Shown here: positions 1 through 10,299 of the stretch, piece after piece
Position numbering within the stretch: the first letter of the stretch is position 1
Layout of the letters: every line of letters begins with the position of its first letter
Assembly: GCA_965263355.1 (NCBI GenBank)
Contig: CBDHHL010000032.1
Span: 1,472,001 to 1,536,000 of the forward strand
DNA length: 64,000 nt
Source of the DNA: Leptolyngbyaceae cyanobacterium
GTDB lineage: Bacteria; Cyanobacteriota; Cyanobacteriia; Phormidesmidales; Phormidesmidaceae
Direction: 5' to 3'
Position numbers and translations under genes: made by a program
The notes under the pieces: generated by a model
Told to the model about the DNA's origin: nothing
The model's database searches: none
Seen by the model: the letters and a program-made list of their open reading frames with translations, nothing else

Positions 1-287
1 GATCGCAATACAGTCTCTCAGCCCCTGTCCTGACATTAGTCGAAACCAAAAATGGTCGTGCCAGATTAGGTCAATGCATGGTAGAAATGATTGCCGCAGA
101 TCTGTTCAACCGCCAGGAAGAAAATGATCTTACAACAATCTTTGGCCGTGTTACCACAGGAGATCTGTGGCGGTTTCTAAAGCTTCAATGAGCAAATGAG
201 CAAAAAACCATTTTCATCGACACCAAACAATACTTTGCGACAGAGGTAGACGAACTACTAGGAATCTTGAAAAACATAGTCTTATAG
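1..287 (+). pseudogene. 3' part of a cyanobacterial conserved hypothetical gene (possible restriction-endonuclease-like fold) interrupted by an in-frame TGA
   Basis: Frame 3 reads APVLTLVETKNG..LGQCMVEMIAA..FN..TIFGRVTTGDLWRFLKLQ*ANEQKTIFID..LLGILK. TGA at 189-191 lies within a tandem AATGAGCA duplication; TAG at 285-287. The 5' end is outside the window. Confidence 0.55.
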
Positions 288-566
288 GGACATGCTCTTG
301 TGACTGTCTTTCCAGCTTAAAGCAACTGAAGCCATACATACAGAAGGTGTTGCTCAGGACTAAATAGAGCAGCAACAATTTCTGTGACAAAATCTTTTAG
401 AGGAATACTCCCTGTTTGAAAGCTGAACTGACTAATCTTTAAATTGCGATCGCCCGTTGCCCAACCCGATGAACGAATTAACAAAATCAGTGAATTTCGG
501 TCATTTTCCAGCCTACCCGTCATACTCAAAATGACCCAACGCAAACCCGACTGATCCCCCATTCCC

Positions 567-2087
567 ATGCAAGACTTCAACTGGAAAAAGCTCCAAAATG
601 GCTCGGACATCCGTGGTGTTGCCATCGACGGCGTCCCTAACGAACCCGTCAACCTCACCCCAGAGGTAGCCCAGCGCCTCGGCCAGGCCTTTACCACCTG
701 GCTCGCCACCAAACTCAGCAAACCTGCCACAGAACTCCAGCTCGCCGTCGGTCGTGATAGCCGCATCTCCGGTCCTACCCTGATGCAATGCGTCATGGAG
801 GGTATTATGTCCCTCGGCGCAAACGTTTACGACTTTGCCATGGCCTCCACCCCTGCCATGTTTATGAGCACCGTCACCCCCGGCTTTGAATGCGATGGTG
901 CCATCATGATGACCGCCAGCCACCTGCCCTACAACCGCAATGGCCTTAAGTTTTTTACGGCCCAAGGCGGCCTCGGTAAGTCAGATATCACCGAAATCCT
1001 TACCCTGGCTGAGCAAAATGACTTTACCCTAGTAGCCACAGCCGGGATCATTGAATCCCGAGACTTTATCTCCGTCTACGCCGACCAGCTAGTTGAGAAA
1101 ATCCGTACTGCCGTTAACCATCCCGACCACTTCGACCAGCCCTTAAAAGGACTCAACATCATCGTCGATGCCGGTAACGGCGCAGGGGGTTTCTATGCCA
1201 GTAAAGTTCTCGAACCCTTAGGCGCTGATACCACCGGCAGCCAGTTCCTAGAACCCGACGGCATGTTCCCTAACCATATTCCCAATCCCGAAAATCACGA
1301 TGCCATGGCCTCTATCTGCCAGGCCGTACTTACCCATAAAGCAGACTTCGGCATTATTTTCGACACCGATGTAGACCGCTCCGCCGCCGTCGATCACCAG
1401 GGTCAGGAACTCAATCGTAACCGCCTGATTGCCCTAATTTCTGCCATCGTACTACAAGAACACCCAGGCTCTACCATTGTTACCGACTCCATTACCTCCG
1501 ATGGACTGGCCCAGTTTATCGAACAAGACCTGAAGGGCAAACACCATCGCTTTAAGCGGGGCTACAAAAATGTTATTACTGAAGCCGTCCGTCTTAACCA
1601 AACCGGAGAAGACTCCTGGCTAGCCATCGAAACTTCAGGCCATGGAGCCATGCGGGAAAATTATTTTCTAGATGATGGCGCTTACCTGGTGAGTAAGCTG
1701 TTAATCGAGCTGGCCAAAACGAACCAGGTTGGCCGCTCGCTAACGGATTTAATCGCCACACTCAAAGAACCCAAGGAAAGTCGTGAGATCCGTATAAAGA
1801 TTGGTGTTAATGAGTTTAAGGCCTATGGCGAAAGTGTTATTGAACAATTAAAAACCTTTGTTGAAGCACAGGCTGGCTGGTCATTAGTGCCCAATAATTA
1901 TGAAGGTGTTCGTGTTGCCTGTTCATCCCCAGAAGAAGACGGTTGGTTTTTGTTGCGACTGTCTCTCCATGATCCTGTATTGCCCTTAAATATTGAATCA
2001 AATGTGGACGGCGGTGTGACTAAAATCATTGAACAATTGTTGACATTCTTTAATAATGTTGAATCTCTAGATTTAACCGCCTTCTAA
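567..2087 (+). CDS. Phosphomannomutase/phosphoglucomutase
   Basis: GSDIRG, TASHLP phosphoserine loop, FDTDVDR metal loop, ETSGH; 506 aa. Confidence 0.95.
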   Translation: MQDFNWKKLQNGSDIRGVAIDGVPNEPVNLTPEVAQRLGQAFTTWLATKLSKPATELQLAVGRDSRISGPTLMQCVMEGIMSLGANVYDFAMASTPAMFMSTVTPGFECDGAIMMTASHLPYNRNGLKFFTAQGGLGKSDITEILTLAEQNDFTLVATAGIIESRDFISVYADQLVEKIRTAVNHPDHFDQPLKGLNIIVDAGNGAGGFYASKVLEPLGADTTGSQFLEPDGMFPNHIPNPENHDAMASICQAVLTHKADFGIIFDTDVDRSAAVDHQGQELNRNRLIALISAIVLQEHPGSTIVTDSITSDGLAQFIEQDLKGKHHRFKRGYKNVITEAVRLNQTGEDSWLAIETSGHGAMRENYFLDDGAYLVSKLLIELAKTNQVGRSLTDLIATLKEPKESREIRIKIGVNEFKAYGESVIEQLKTFVEAQAGWSLVPNNYEGVRVACSSPEEDGWFLLRLSLHDPVLPLNIESNVDGGVTKIIEQLLTFFNNVESLDLTAF

Positions 2088-2132
2088 ACCATGGGATAAC
2101 TTTTCCCTTTTGGGAGGCTACAGTGTATACAC

Positions 2133-2160
2133 GTAGGGGTATTGGATGCAATACCCCTAC
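2133..2160. repeat. REP-like palindrome GTAGGGGTATTG-gatg-CAATACCCCTAC
   Basis: Perfect 12-bp inverted repeat after the PMM stop; related (G/A)TAGGGG..CCCCTA hairpins at about 32886-32905 and 34101-34126. Confidence 0.65.
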
Positions 2161-2469
2161 CGGGGTAAACTTTGAAACGAATTTAAGGAATTAGGATTTG
2201 GTATCAAAATATTTTTATAGTGCCCCTATGGACTTTAATTACAGCCTTTTAAGAATTGCTGCTCAATACCGGATTAAAAAGTATCTTATAGTACATTTTG
2301 AGGGCTAATATTCTAGATAACTTGCGAGATTATTTTTTTCTCTTTACTTATATGTTTGTCCATTACAAACTTCGACTAATTGTTAGTTAACACAGCTTAT
2401 ATCAGTTTAAGTATTGGTCGATGTTGCTACTATGGCTTACGGGAACCCTAAAGTAAAAATAGGAGGACT

Positions 2470-2610
2470 ATGATGAACTTAGATGGACTAGGCGAAGAGC
2501 AAATACATACGCTCTTAATGTTAATCACCTTAAATATGATTGTATTTGCGGCACTAATTGTAAAAGTTCAGGCTGAAGTTGCTGTTTCAGGTATATGTGC
2601 TTTGTTCTAG
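2470..2610 (+). CDS. Putative 46-aa small membrane protein
   Basis: AGGAGG at 2461 followed by ATG; hydrophobic stretch TLLMLITLNMIVFAALIV; below the ORF-track cutoff. Confidence 0.4.
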   Translation: MMNLDGLGEEQIHTLLMLITLNMIVFAALIVKVQAEVAVSGICALF

Positions 2611-2639
2611 CTCAATAGAAGAGTTGTGTCAGAGAAGAG

Positions 2640-3482
2640 TCACTGACTAACCTCCTGAGCCATTGTTGCTTGGGTATTGATGTGGTGGGTTGCAATTTCA
2701 CCACATGTGGTCAGCCAAACCTCTTCATAGGATTGAATATGATCAATCAGCCGCCCCAGCATTAACAATCGAGCCGGGCGGCCTATGATCTCAGGATGCA
2801 TGGTGAGAATAAACGCACTATTGTAGTGATAGAGACCTTCAAACTCTTCTTTCCAGAGTTGAAATGCTTTCTCACAGGTTTCGATCACCCCTCCACCAGT
2901 GGGCGGATCCACCGTGAACGCAAATTGTTCCCAATCATCATTGGTCCAGTGCACAGGAATCTCTACCAGACTGCCGCTATCGGTGGACAATGTGTAGGGC
3001 GCATCATCGTCCATTAAAGAAGAATCGTATTGCATTCCATGGCGCGCTAGTAAGGCCGGACTACTTTGCTTAAGATCCCACCAAGGCGCACGATAGCCAA
3101 CGGGCTTTTCACCCGTAATCTCCTTCAAAATTTGACAGGTCTTAACTAGAGCCGCTTCTTCTTCAAGATCATCTAAATCTGAAGGTTTATGATGTATGTA
3201 ACCATGTACACCAATCTCATGGCCTTCCTCATGGATACGCTTAACCAACTTTGGATATTGCTCTGCCGTATACCCTGGAACAAAGAAACTGGCCTTAACT
3301 TTCTTTTCCGCCAGCAAATCTAGAATGCGGGGCACGCCTACCTTAGGGCCATACCGTGCCCAGGATAGGGCCGATAGTCGCTCAGCATACTTTGGATTCA
3401 CCGCTAAGATTCCGGCTTCACCATCAACATCAAAGCTTAAAGCTGCTGCACATCGCTTTTCCGCAGGCCAAGGGTAAGACAT
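2640..3482 (-). CDS. Polysaccharide deacetylase (CE4, PuuE/HpPgdA-like)
   Basis: LSFDVD, YGPKVGVPRIL, HEIGVHGYIH, GYRAP, YDSS, TMHP motifs. Confidence 0.9.
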   Translation of the reverse strand: MSYPWPAEKRCAAALSFDVDGEAGILAVNPKYAERLSALSWARYGPKVGVPRILDLLAEKKVKASFFVPGYTAEQYPKLVKRIHEEGHEIGVHGYIHHKPSDLDDLEEEAALVKTCQILKEITGEKPVGYRAPWWDLKQSSPALLARHGMQYDSSLMDDDAPYTLSTDSGSLVEIPVHWTNDDWEQFAFTVDPPTGGGVIETCEKAFQLWKEEFEGLYHYNSAFILTMHPEIIGRPARLLMLGRLIDHIQSYEEVWLTTCGEIATHHINTQATMAQEVSQ

Positions 3483-4018
3483 TTGGCACCTTTTGTATCA
3501 TTCTAAGCTTTTTACTATAGTTCAGAAAGCTATGGCTGTAGTGTTCTTTTTGTTACAAAACTAGGGGGTAATACTGAAGCTATTTGGAAGATCAGAATGA
3601 GGGAATTTTGATTTTGTGTACAGATGTTACATGCGAGGTCTCTCGATAAAAAATTTAAGCCTAATGTAAGTAAGTGGTCACAATTAGCTATCAGATATCG
3701 AAGTTCCCTTCAATGGCTACCGTGTTACCCATTTAAAGGATTGAACTGAACCGTAGCTCCAAATCCTGCATTAGCCCACTCTGCGAGAATAGCAAAGCTC
3801 TATGTCCTAAGTCCTTGTCATCAGGGGAGAATGACTTTGAGGCTAGTTCTCCTGATGAGAAGGGTATATGTGCACTAATGCATGGATTGCAGACCATTCT
3901 ATTAAACTATGTCGTTTACCTAATTAATTTAATTACTCAGGTAAGCGACATAGCTTGTTTAAGCTGACCATTTTTAAGTCACTGGTATCATCTACCGTAG
4001 GATCTATCCGCACAGAGC

Positions 4019-4798
4019 ATGAGAGGGGGCAATCAAATGCGACTGGATGGCAAGGTGAGTTTGATTACTGGTGCTGCTTCTGGCATCGGTCGGGCCACAG
4101 CTGAATGTTTTGCACGGGAAGGGGCAACTGTCATAGCAGTCGATGTTAACGCCGATGCAGCCCAGGCTACGCAAGAGAGCATTACAGCTGCTGGGGGCCA
4201 TTGCCTAGGGGTAGGGGTAGATGTCAGTGATGAAGAACAGGTGATGGGTGCGATCGCAGAAACCGTCCAAACCTTTGGTCGTCTCGACATTCTCTTTAAC
4301 AATGCAGGCATTTCTATTCTAAAACCGATCACCGAAACCACCGAAGCTGACCTGGATAAACTCTTAGGCGTCAACCTTAAAGGCGTTTTCTTTGGTTGTA
4401 AACACGCCATCATTCAGATGCGCACCCAGGGCGGTGGCATCATTATCAACACAGCGTCAGAATTAGGACTAGTAGGACAACCCCTCTACAGCGCTTACTG
4501 TGCCACTAAAGGCGGCGTACTCGCCCTAACCCGAGCCTTAGCCACCGAATGGGCAGCTCAGAATATTCGCATCAACGCCATCTGCCCCGGCCCCATTGAT
4601 ACCCCTATGATTCACGCAGAGTTTCATATCGGCAGCGATCCCATTGCAGAGGAGAAAACAGTCATCTCTACCATCCCTGCCGGACGATTGGGTAAACCAG
4701 ACGACATCGCCCGAGTGGCTTTGTTTTTAGCCACCAGCGATGCCGAATTTGTGCATGGAGCCGCCATTGTGGCAGACGGCGGCAAAACCATTATTTAA
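4019..4798 (+). CDS. SDR family oxidoreductase (start may be 4037)
   Basis: TGAASGIG, NNAG, YCATK, NAICPG. Confidence 0.95.
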   Translation: MRGGNQMRLDGKVSLITGAASGIGRATAECFAREGATVIAVDVNADAAQATQESITAAGGHCLGVGVDVSDEEQVMGAIAETVQTFGRLDILFNNAGISILKPITETTEADLDKLLGVNLKGVFFGCKHAIIQMRTQGGGIIINTASELGLVGQPLYSAYCATKGGVLALTRALATEWAAQNIRINAICPGPIDTPMIHAEFHIGSDPIAEEKTVISTIPAGRLGKPDDIARVALFLATSDAEFVHGAAIVADGGKTII

Positions 4799-4808
4799 AT
4801 AGGTCAGT

Positions 4809-5408
4809 TCAACCCGCCATTGAGTCGTGCCGAAACTCGTAAAACTTAAGCTTGCTATGAATGTTTTTCACATGTTTTTTGACTGTATTGACAGTAATAA
4901 ACAACTCAGCTGAAATTTCCTTGTAGCTGCGATCTGCCCGTCTCAGCAACCAAATCTCAGCCTCACGAGACGTTAAACCATACTTTTCCGCCTCTGTAAC
5001 CGCCAAGCTTTGAATAGAACGATGCTGATCCTCTAAAAGAATCAACACCAGCGGATGTTCATAAGCATCTAACTGCAGCCACCGGGCTCGAATCCGTAGT
5101 ACACTTAATCGCTTGTCACCGATTTCAGACTCAATCACCACAGGATTTTCAGGATATAGCTCACAGCTATCCAAAACCGCCTGATAGATTCGCTCAATTT
5201 CTCGGCTTATGTTCTGAAACTGGGTTTCATTGTGCGTAAACTTTTCAAGAACTTTTCGAGCATTGCTATTGATGTGAACAAACTCGCTCTGTTGGTTCAG
5301 AATCAAAATACCATCCATAAACCCTTCCAGCACCCCCTGCACTAAAACACTATCGAAATGACCACTATGAGTATTTAAATTTTTAAGTGCTTCTACGAAA
5401 GTATCCAT
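4809..5408 (-). CDS. LuxR-type HTH regulator with PAS-like N-terminus
   Basis: LTSREAEI..SYKEISAELFITVNTVKKHVKNIHSKL; N-terminal LEGFMDGILILN; GGAG RBS before ATG 5408. Confidence 0.9.
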   Translation of the reverse strand: MDTFVEALKNLNTHSGHFDSVLVQGVLEGFMDGILILNQQSEFVHINSNARKVLEKFTHNETQFQNISREIERIYQAVLDSCELYPENPVVIESEIGDKRLSVLRIRARWLQLDAYEHPLVLILLEDQHRSIQSLAVTEAEKYGLTSREAEIWLLRRADRSYKEISAELFITVNTVKKHVKNIHSKLKFYEFRHDSMAG

Positions 5409-5631
5409 CAGGCAGACTTCTCCTTGTTTTAACCTTGACCACATCCAGGACCAGGGCATTGCCGCAGAGAAAACGACAGGTTGAAACTTGGACGTGGTTT
5501 ATAAATCTGCTGCAGAACAGCACCATTTATTGGTAGGTGCAGGGCATTTCAGGCTATGCAGTTTGATCAAAAAAGTCTTACACAAAATAAACCCAAGTTC
5601 ATTTAAAAAATGACACTATGGGTTTAGTCAG

Positions 5632-5670
5632 AAAAAACGGTTGGACAGTACAATTGCACTCCAACCGTTT
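5632..5670 (-). terminator. Intrinsic terminator after 5721-6224
   Basis: AAACGGTTGGA..TCCAACCGTTT stem followed by a T-run on the minus strand. Confidence 0.7.
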
Positions 5671-5720
5671 CCTAAAAGAATTTTTTAGGCACAGATTGTA
5701 CTAATTTATATAGCTAATAT

Positions 5721-6224
5721 TCAAGCATTATCCTCTACAGGGGTGCATTCAAAAATGCGGTAGTGCTCATTGTCGTCTTTAATGACGGTTACGAATACAT
5801 CCACTTCTGCCTGAGTATTATCTTCTGCCTTGAAGGTTACACAAACAACAGTGCCACCATTATTTGAACCTATCAGCTTTGATCCAATTCGCTGTTTTAA
5901 CCCACCTCGATCTTTAGTATATTTCTCCCATTTTTCTTTGATTGTAAGTGGGGTTATCTCTTTCTGCTTAGAATAATCCAGCATATCCCAGGCCAACCCA
6001 TAATGGTCTTTACTTAGTTCATAAAAAAACTTTTCAGCGACCAATCTAGTAATCCATGGTTTCTCATTATCATCATTGTTTGGAAGCGATAGCTGAAACA
6101 TGTCTTTTGTGTCTGCCAAAATATTAAGCGTATTTTCGTCAGGGATCAGTCGATTGATCCATGGCCGTTCACCATTACCATTTTGGGGCCTTCTTACTCT
6201 TTCTTTCTTAAATCGCTGAAGCAT
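5721..6224 (-). CDS. Hypothetical protein with DUF3887-like C-terminal domain
   Basis: AGGAGG RBS; AEKFF..L....Y..AW..L......IT...IKEKW pattern. Confidence 0.55.
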   Translation of the reverse strand: MLQRFKKERVRRPQNGNGERPWINRLIPDENTLNILADTKDMFQLSLPNNDDNEKPWITRLVAEKFFYELSKDHYGLAWDMLDYSKQKEITPLTIKEKWEKYTKDRGGLKQRIGSKLIGSNNGGTVVCVTFKAEDNTQAEVDVFVTVIKDDNEHYRIFECTPVEDNA

Positions 6225-6473
6225 TATCTGATTCCCTCCTGAGGATCTTAAAAAGAAGATGAGTGGTTATAGCCAAGGGGTGGTTTTCAAACCACTGCCT
6301 ATATATAGACTGAGACACTCAAAGCTTATGCAGTTCTCCGATGAGGTGACTTAGACGATTCTTAGCTAATTGTTTTGAGTCCATAACCGAATTCTAGAAA
6401 GAAATTTTGCTGAGGCTCAATGTTTTCAGAATCAATAGTATTTTCAAAATCTATTTGGATAGATCAGAGCATA

Positions 6474-8909
6474 TTATTGTTTCTTAATGGAATTCAGGAC
6501 ATACGTCCAAAATATGCACGACGGAAACAACCAGGGCAGTAAAATATTGGCCCAAATGTATGTTTGCAAACCAATTACCCCATAGGTAACTGTGGCTACA
6601 GCAAAGAGCCACATATATCGCTGATAATATGAAGCTTGCTGATGGTTTAATGTTAATGCCGTCCATTTTCCCAGGAGTGTTGCGGCGAAAATCATCCATA
6701 AATCTGGAATTCGGATAACTCGATGGGACGCTAATAAATGATGTGTTGTATAGGCGTGGAGTTCTCCCCCTGTAAGAGATTTAGGACAACTTTCCTGGGC
6801 ATACGCCCGCCCGTATTTCAAATCGCACCAATATTGTAATGCTGGTAGTATGGTACGTTTGTCCTGGGCGTCATAATACCCCCCAGCAGCGATGATGGCG
6901 ATTTGCTGATTAAACTCCTGCTGAGTACCTGCGTTATCTAACAATTGCCAAGCAGGAATACGTTTGTAAACGTAATCTGGTGGAATGGAATAATCAATAA
7001 CAACGGGCAAATTAAAGGGGGACTTAGCTTTTCTGAGAAAAGAATACGGAAGACCTTCTTGATTTATATCTAACCGATTAAGGAAAACATTTAATTGTTC
7101 TTGAAAGATACCTCGACTTTGCAAACTTGGCTGGGGAAGATCGGGCAATTCCTGCTGATTTAATATCTTTGCCAGTGACAGCATGTAGGCAAATGGACAG
7201 ACTTCAGGACATGTAGCATCAAAAGGTAGCTTTACTTGCCAATAATGGGCATAAACGTCCCCATTCAAGCTCCACATGGGACTGGCAATTTTCTCGTGTA
7301 CTCGCAGGTCATCCCGTTCCATTGAACCAAAAACCAACCACACCCCCTGCTGCTGAACCGACTGTTGAACAACAGTTGCCAGTTGCTCTTCTTTTGATTT
7401 TTCTTCATCCAAAAGGTAGTCTATACCAATGATTTGAATGCCGGAGTCTGAAAGCTGCTGAATTAAGTCAGCCAGATACCCACGATCCATGGGCTGATGT
7501 TGAAACCCTTCCAGCTCATTACGAGCCCGATTAATCGATTCTTGATCGATGGCAATTAATAGCACAGGGGAGATATCGTTCTGAGGAATTTGATTGGTTA
7601 TATTACGGTATAAAGCCTGTGACCAAATCCGTCTGTTTAAAAGTTCTAGCCCTAGATCCTTCAATGGTGACCATGGAGCAGAGCTGGAAAACGCAAGCAA
7701 TATTGCTGTTGTAAAGACAACGGCTTCTTGTCTTGTCGGCCACCATTGGTGAAGCTGCTTTTTCCAACCAAACGGGGTGATCCGATAAGCGATCGCACCA
7801 GAAGGACTAAAAAATGAAGGGATTAGGTGCGTGGAAGGATAGGTAAATTGTTCGACAAATTGGAGATGATGACTGGCTGTCAATAAGGCACTATGAATAT
7901 CTTGGTGCTTCGCTAATTGCTTGCAGAGAGGTTTTAGAAAACTCTGGGCGACATCGTTACGAATGGGCTCGCGCATAACCACCACCTGTAGTCCCAGGGC
8001 AACTAATGAGTTAGCAATGCTAAGACCACTGCAGGAGTTAAAAATCGCTAGCTGGAGACCATTTTCCCTGGCTTGGGTTAAATATTCTTCAATTTCACTA
8101 ATGGACAGGGAGACATTGGGGGTAATGGCTATGCGCCCCCCAGTTGCAGCTGTTTCGTCGCTGTGTCCCGCAAAAAATAGCACATCCCAGCCACGGCTAT
8201 CACAAATTGTGTTGGCAAACGTTTGTTTAATGGTGGTAACACTATCCTCCGGTTGCCAGGTAAATTGTTCAACATGGGCAATGGATCGGAGCGATCGCAC
8301 CGCCTTCCAATCTTCCTGCAGCGGCAGATTCGGATCATTGCCCAAAACCGCAAGAATTCGGGCCTTCGTCCCTCGAACTCTCTCCTTAGAACTCAAGGGA
8401 GCCTCGGGTTCATCCATCGCCGTGCGCACAATCCGCAACCTATCAGGCGGGAACATGTCTGCATTTAAAGCCAATAGCTCCCAAGGTAGCCTGGCTATTT
8501 CATCAGAATTGCAGGCCAAAAACACATCTACCCCCGGTTTTATAGCAGGGTTAGCATTCATCTGAGTGAGCTGGGCTAACTCGTCTTGAATGCGTTGCTG
8601 AATAGTACGCCCATCGTTGTCGCCTAACCAGCGTTGGAACCCCTTAACCAATTCTCTTTCGGCCTCTGTTAGATCATGAGCCAGATCACCTGAACCAGGG
8701 TTAAGCCGACCGCTATTACCAGGGGACTGGGGCGCAGAGAATTTATAAAACCTGTGATACCGTTGTCGCCAGAGTTGATAAGACTTTTGCAAATCGCTAG
8801 GATAGGGCAAACTAGCCGTCAATTTTTTGCTGCGATTATCCCAAAGCAACAAAAGAAAACATGATCGCTCATCTTGATGCCAAACTTTTAATTCAAAAAT
8901 TGTACGCAT
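6474..8909 (-). CDS. CHAT (caspase-family) + TM + CHASE2 + 3TM membrane receptor
   Basis: RLPWELL, FFAGHS, IFNSCSG (His/Cys dyad intact); TM near residue 400; CHASE2 motifs LIAIDQES, MDRGYLADLI, IGIDYLLD, GGELHA; C-terminal TMs. Confidence 0.9.
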   Translation of the reverse strand: MRTIFELKVWHQDERSCFLLLLWDNRSKKLTASLPYPSDLQKSYQLWRQRYHRFYKFSAPQSPGNSGRLNPGSGDLAHDLTEAERELVKGFQRWLGDNDGRTIQQRIQDELAQLTQMNANPAIKPGVDVFLACNSDEIARLPWELLALNADMFPPDRLRIVRTAMDEPEAPLSSKERVRGTKARILAVLGNDPNLPLQEDWKAVRSLRSIAHVEQFTWQPEDSVTTIKQTFANTICDSRGWDVLFFAGHSDETAATGGRIAITPNVSLSISEIEEYLTQARENGLQLAIFNSCSGLSIANSLVALGLQVVVMREPIRNDVAQSFLKPLCKQLAKHQDIHSALLTASHHLQFVEQFTYPSTHLIPSFFSPSGAIAYRITPFGWKKQLHQWWPTRQEAVVFTTAILLAFSSSAPWSPLKDLGLELLNRRIWSQALYRNITNQIPQNDISPVLLIAIDQESINRARNELEGFQHQPMDRGYLADLIQQLSDSGIQIIGIDYLLDEEKSKEEQLATVVQQSVQQQGVWLVFGSMERDDLRVHEKIASPMWSLNGDVYAHYWQVKLPFDATCPEVCPFAYMLSLAKILNQQELPDLPQPSLQSRGIFQEQLNVFLNRLDINQEGLPYSFLRKAKSPFNLPVVIDYSIPPDYVYKRIPAWQLLDNAGTQQEFNQQIAIIAAGGYYDAQDKRTILPALQYWCDLKYGRAYAQESCPKSLTGGELHAYTTHHLLASHRVIRIPDLWMIFAATLLGKWTALTLNHQQASYYQRYMWLFAVATVTYGVIGLQTYIWANILLPWLFPSCIFWTYVLNSIKKQ

Positions 8910-8965
8910 CTCACTGTAGTTAGAAATTCAGGAATTAATATCGTCTTTATGGCGTTGTTAGCATC

Positions 8966-10285
8966 TTATTCTAAGATAGCCGAGTCAAAACTATAGGGGT
9001 CTAATGGCAACACTTGCCCTGTCGGTGAAACGATAGTCGCGACAAGCTCTGTACCCTGCTTAGCCTCGGCGCGAACATACAGTAACTCCGTATCTAGGGA
9101 ATCTTCTTCTTCTTTTACACTACCCATGGGATCAACCACACGCAGTTTGAGACCATCCGGCAAGAACGTCCCCATCTGGTTCCTTAAAATTAGTAATAGG
9201 GACCAAACCGGAGCCGGTGAGGCCCAAGCAGCTGCATAAATTTGCAAAAGCTCCCCTTCGTATTCAATGGTTTTGAAGACAGGACTTAGCTGAGCAGGAA
9301 TATCCATGCCCTGATACCTGAGTTCTTCTATGGCAATGGTGAACCGATCGCTGGAGCGAAATTCTGGGGTGCCGGTCCCTAACATTGAGAGCGAATACCA
9401 GCCTAACTGCTGAGATACTTGGTCTAGCTCGGCCCGGAGCCACTGGGCGGTGTTAATGGTTTGTCGAGTTAATCGGGTAAAGATTTCTGCAATTCGGACC
9501 CGCAGGGATGTTGGCTGTTCTGACGATTGTTGCCACTGATAGAGCAGGTTTAGTAATTCAGAATTTTGCAGGAGTGCTGCGCCTTGTTCCCAAGGCAAGA
9601 TTTGCCAGAGTCGTTGTTCAGACGACTGTAGGTGAGACAAGAGGGCATTCAGGTCAGTCTGGGTTATTTGGCTGGAATCAGTCTGGGAGGTAACCCTGGG
9701 CAACGTAATCGCCGCAGTGTCTAAAAAGCGTAAATTAAACAATAGGTGATTGGGTTCAGCATCAAACAAAAAACAAGGAAACCCATAATTCCAGCTATCA
9801 TCAGCCGATAAATTCATCCGTTGTCGGTAGCTAACTAATTGATCATAACGTCCATAGCCCCGAATGATCACCTGTGATAGTTCCTCCTGCACTTCAACCA
9901 CCACATAGAAATGGGCGGCAAATTCAGGTAGATCAATGGCTGCCCTTGGTATGGTTATCTCTTCATTTAGCCAATTCTCAGTGGCAATCAAACATAGTTT
10001 GAAACCACCTATCCATAGATTAAAAACAGCCTCAATGGCATTAGCATAATGAGGTTGAGCGAGAGAACACTGTGCTTGATTGAGAGAAATGCGTGAATCT
10101 TGTTCAGACAACCACTGGGTAAATCCCTGCAGACCAAGGGTATTTAAGTAAGTTTGCCACTGACAGGCTTCCCCAAGTACCTGGTTACTTATGTGAGTTG
10201 CTTGCCCAAAGCTATCGGATTCTAGATCAATATACTCTGGTTCGAGCAGTCTCAAATCATCAAAATCAATCACAGCACATAGCAT
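8966..10285 (-). CDS. DUF1822 family protein
   Basis: WQTYLNTL, KLCLIA, IPRAAIDLPEFAAHFYVVVEVQEE, INTAQWL, LPDGLKLRV. Confidence 0.85.
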   Translation of the reverse strand: MLCAVIDFDDLRLLEPEYIDLESDSFGQATHISNQVLGEACQWQTYLNTLGLQGFTQWLSEQDSRISLNQAQCSLAQPHYANAIEAVFNLWIGGFKLCLIATENWLNEEITIPRAAIDLPEFAAHFYVVVEVQEELSQVIIRGYGRYDQLVSYRQRMNLSADDSWNYGFPCFLFDAEPNHLLFNLRFLDTAAITLPRVTSQTDSSQITQTDLNALLSHLQSSEQRLWQILPWEQGAALLQNSELLNLLYQWQQSSEQPTSLRVRIAEIFTRLTRQTINTAQWLRAELDQVSQQLGWYSLSMLGTGTPEFRSSDRFTIAIEELRYQGMDIPAQLSPVFKTIEYEGELLQIYAAAWASPAPVWSLLLILRNQMGTFLPDGLKLRVVDPMGSVKEEEDSLDTELLYVRAEAKQGTELVATIVSPTGQVLPLDPYSFDSAILE

Positions 10286-10299
10286 TTTCTGAACTCCTT

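Noticed and set aside
317..965. Antisense ORFs of 159 and 150 aa (and similar shadow ORFs across the window)
   Set aside because: They overlap well-supported genes and have no motifs.
3618..3630. NtcA-like GTA..TAC upstream of the deacetylase
   Set aside because: Spacer is 7 bp rather than 8.
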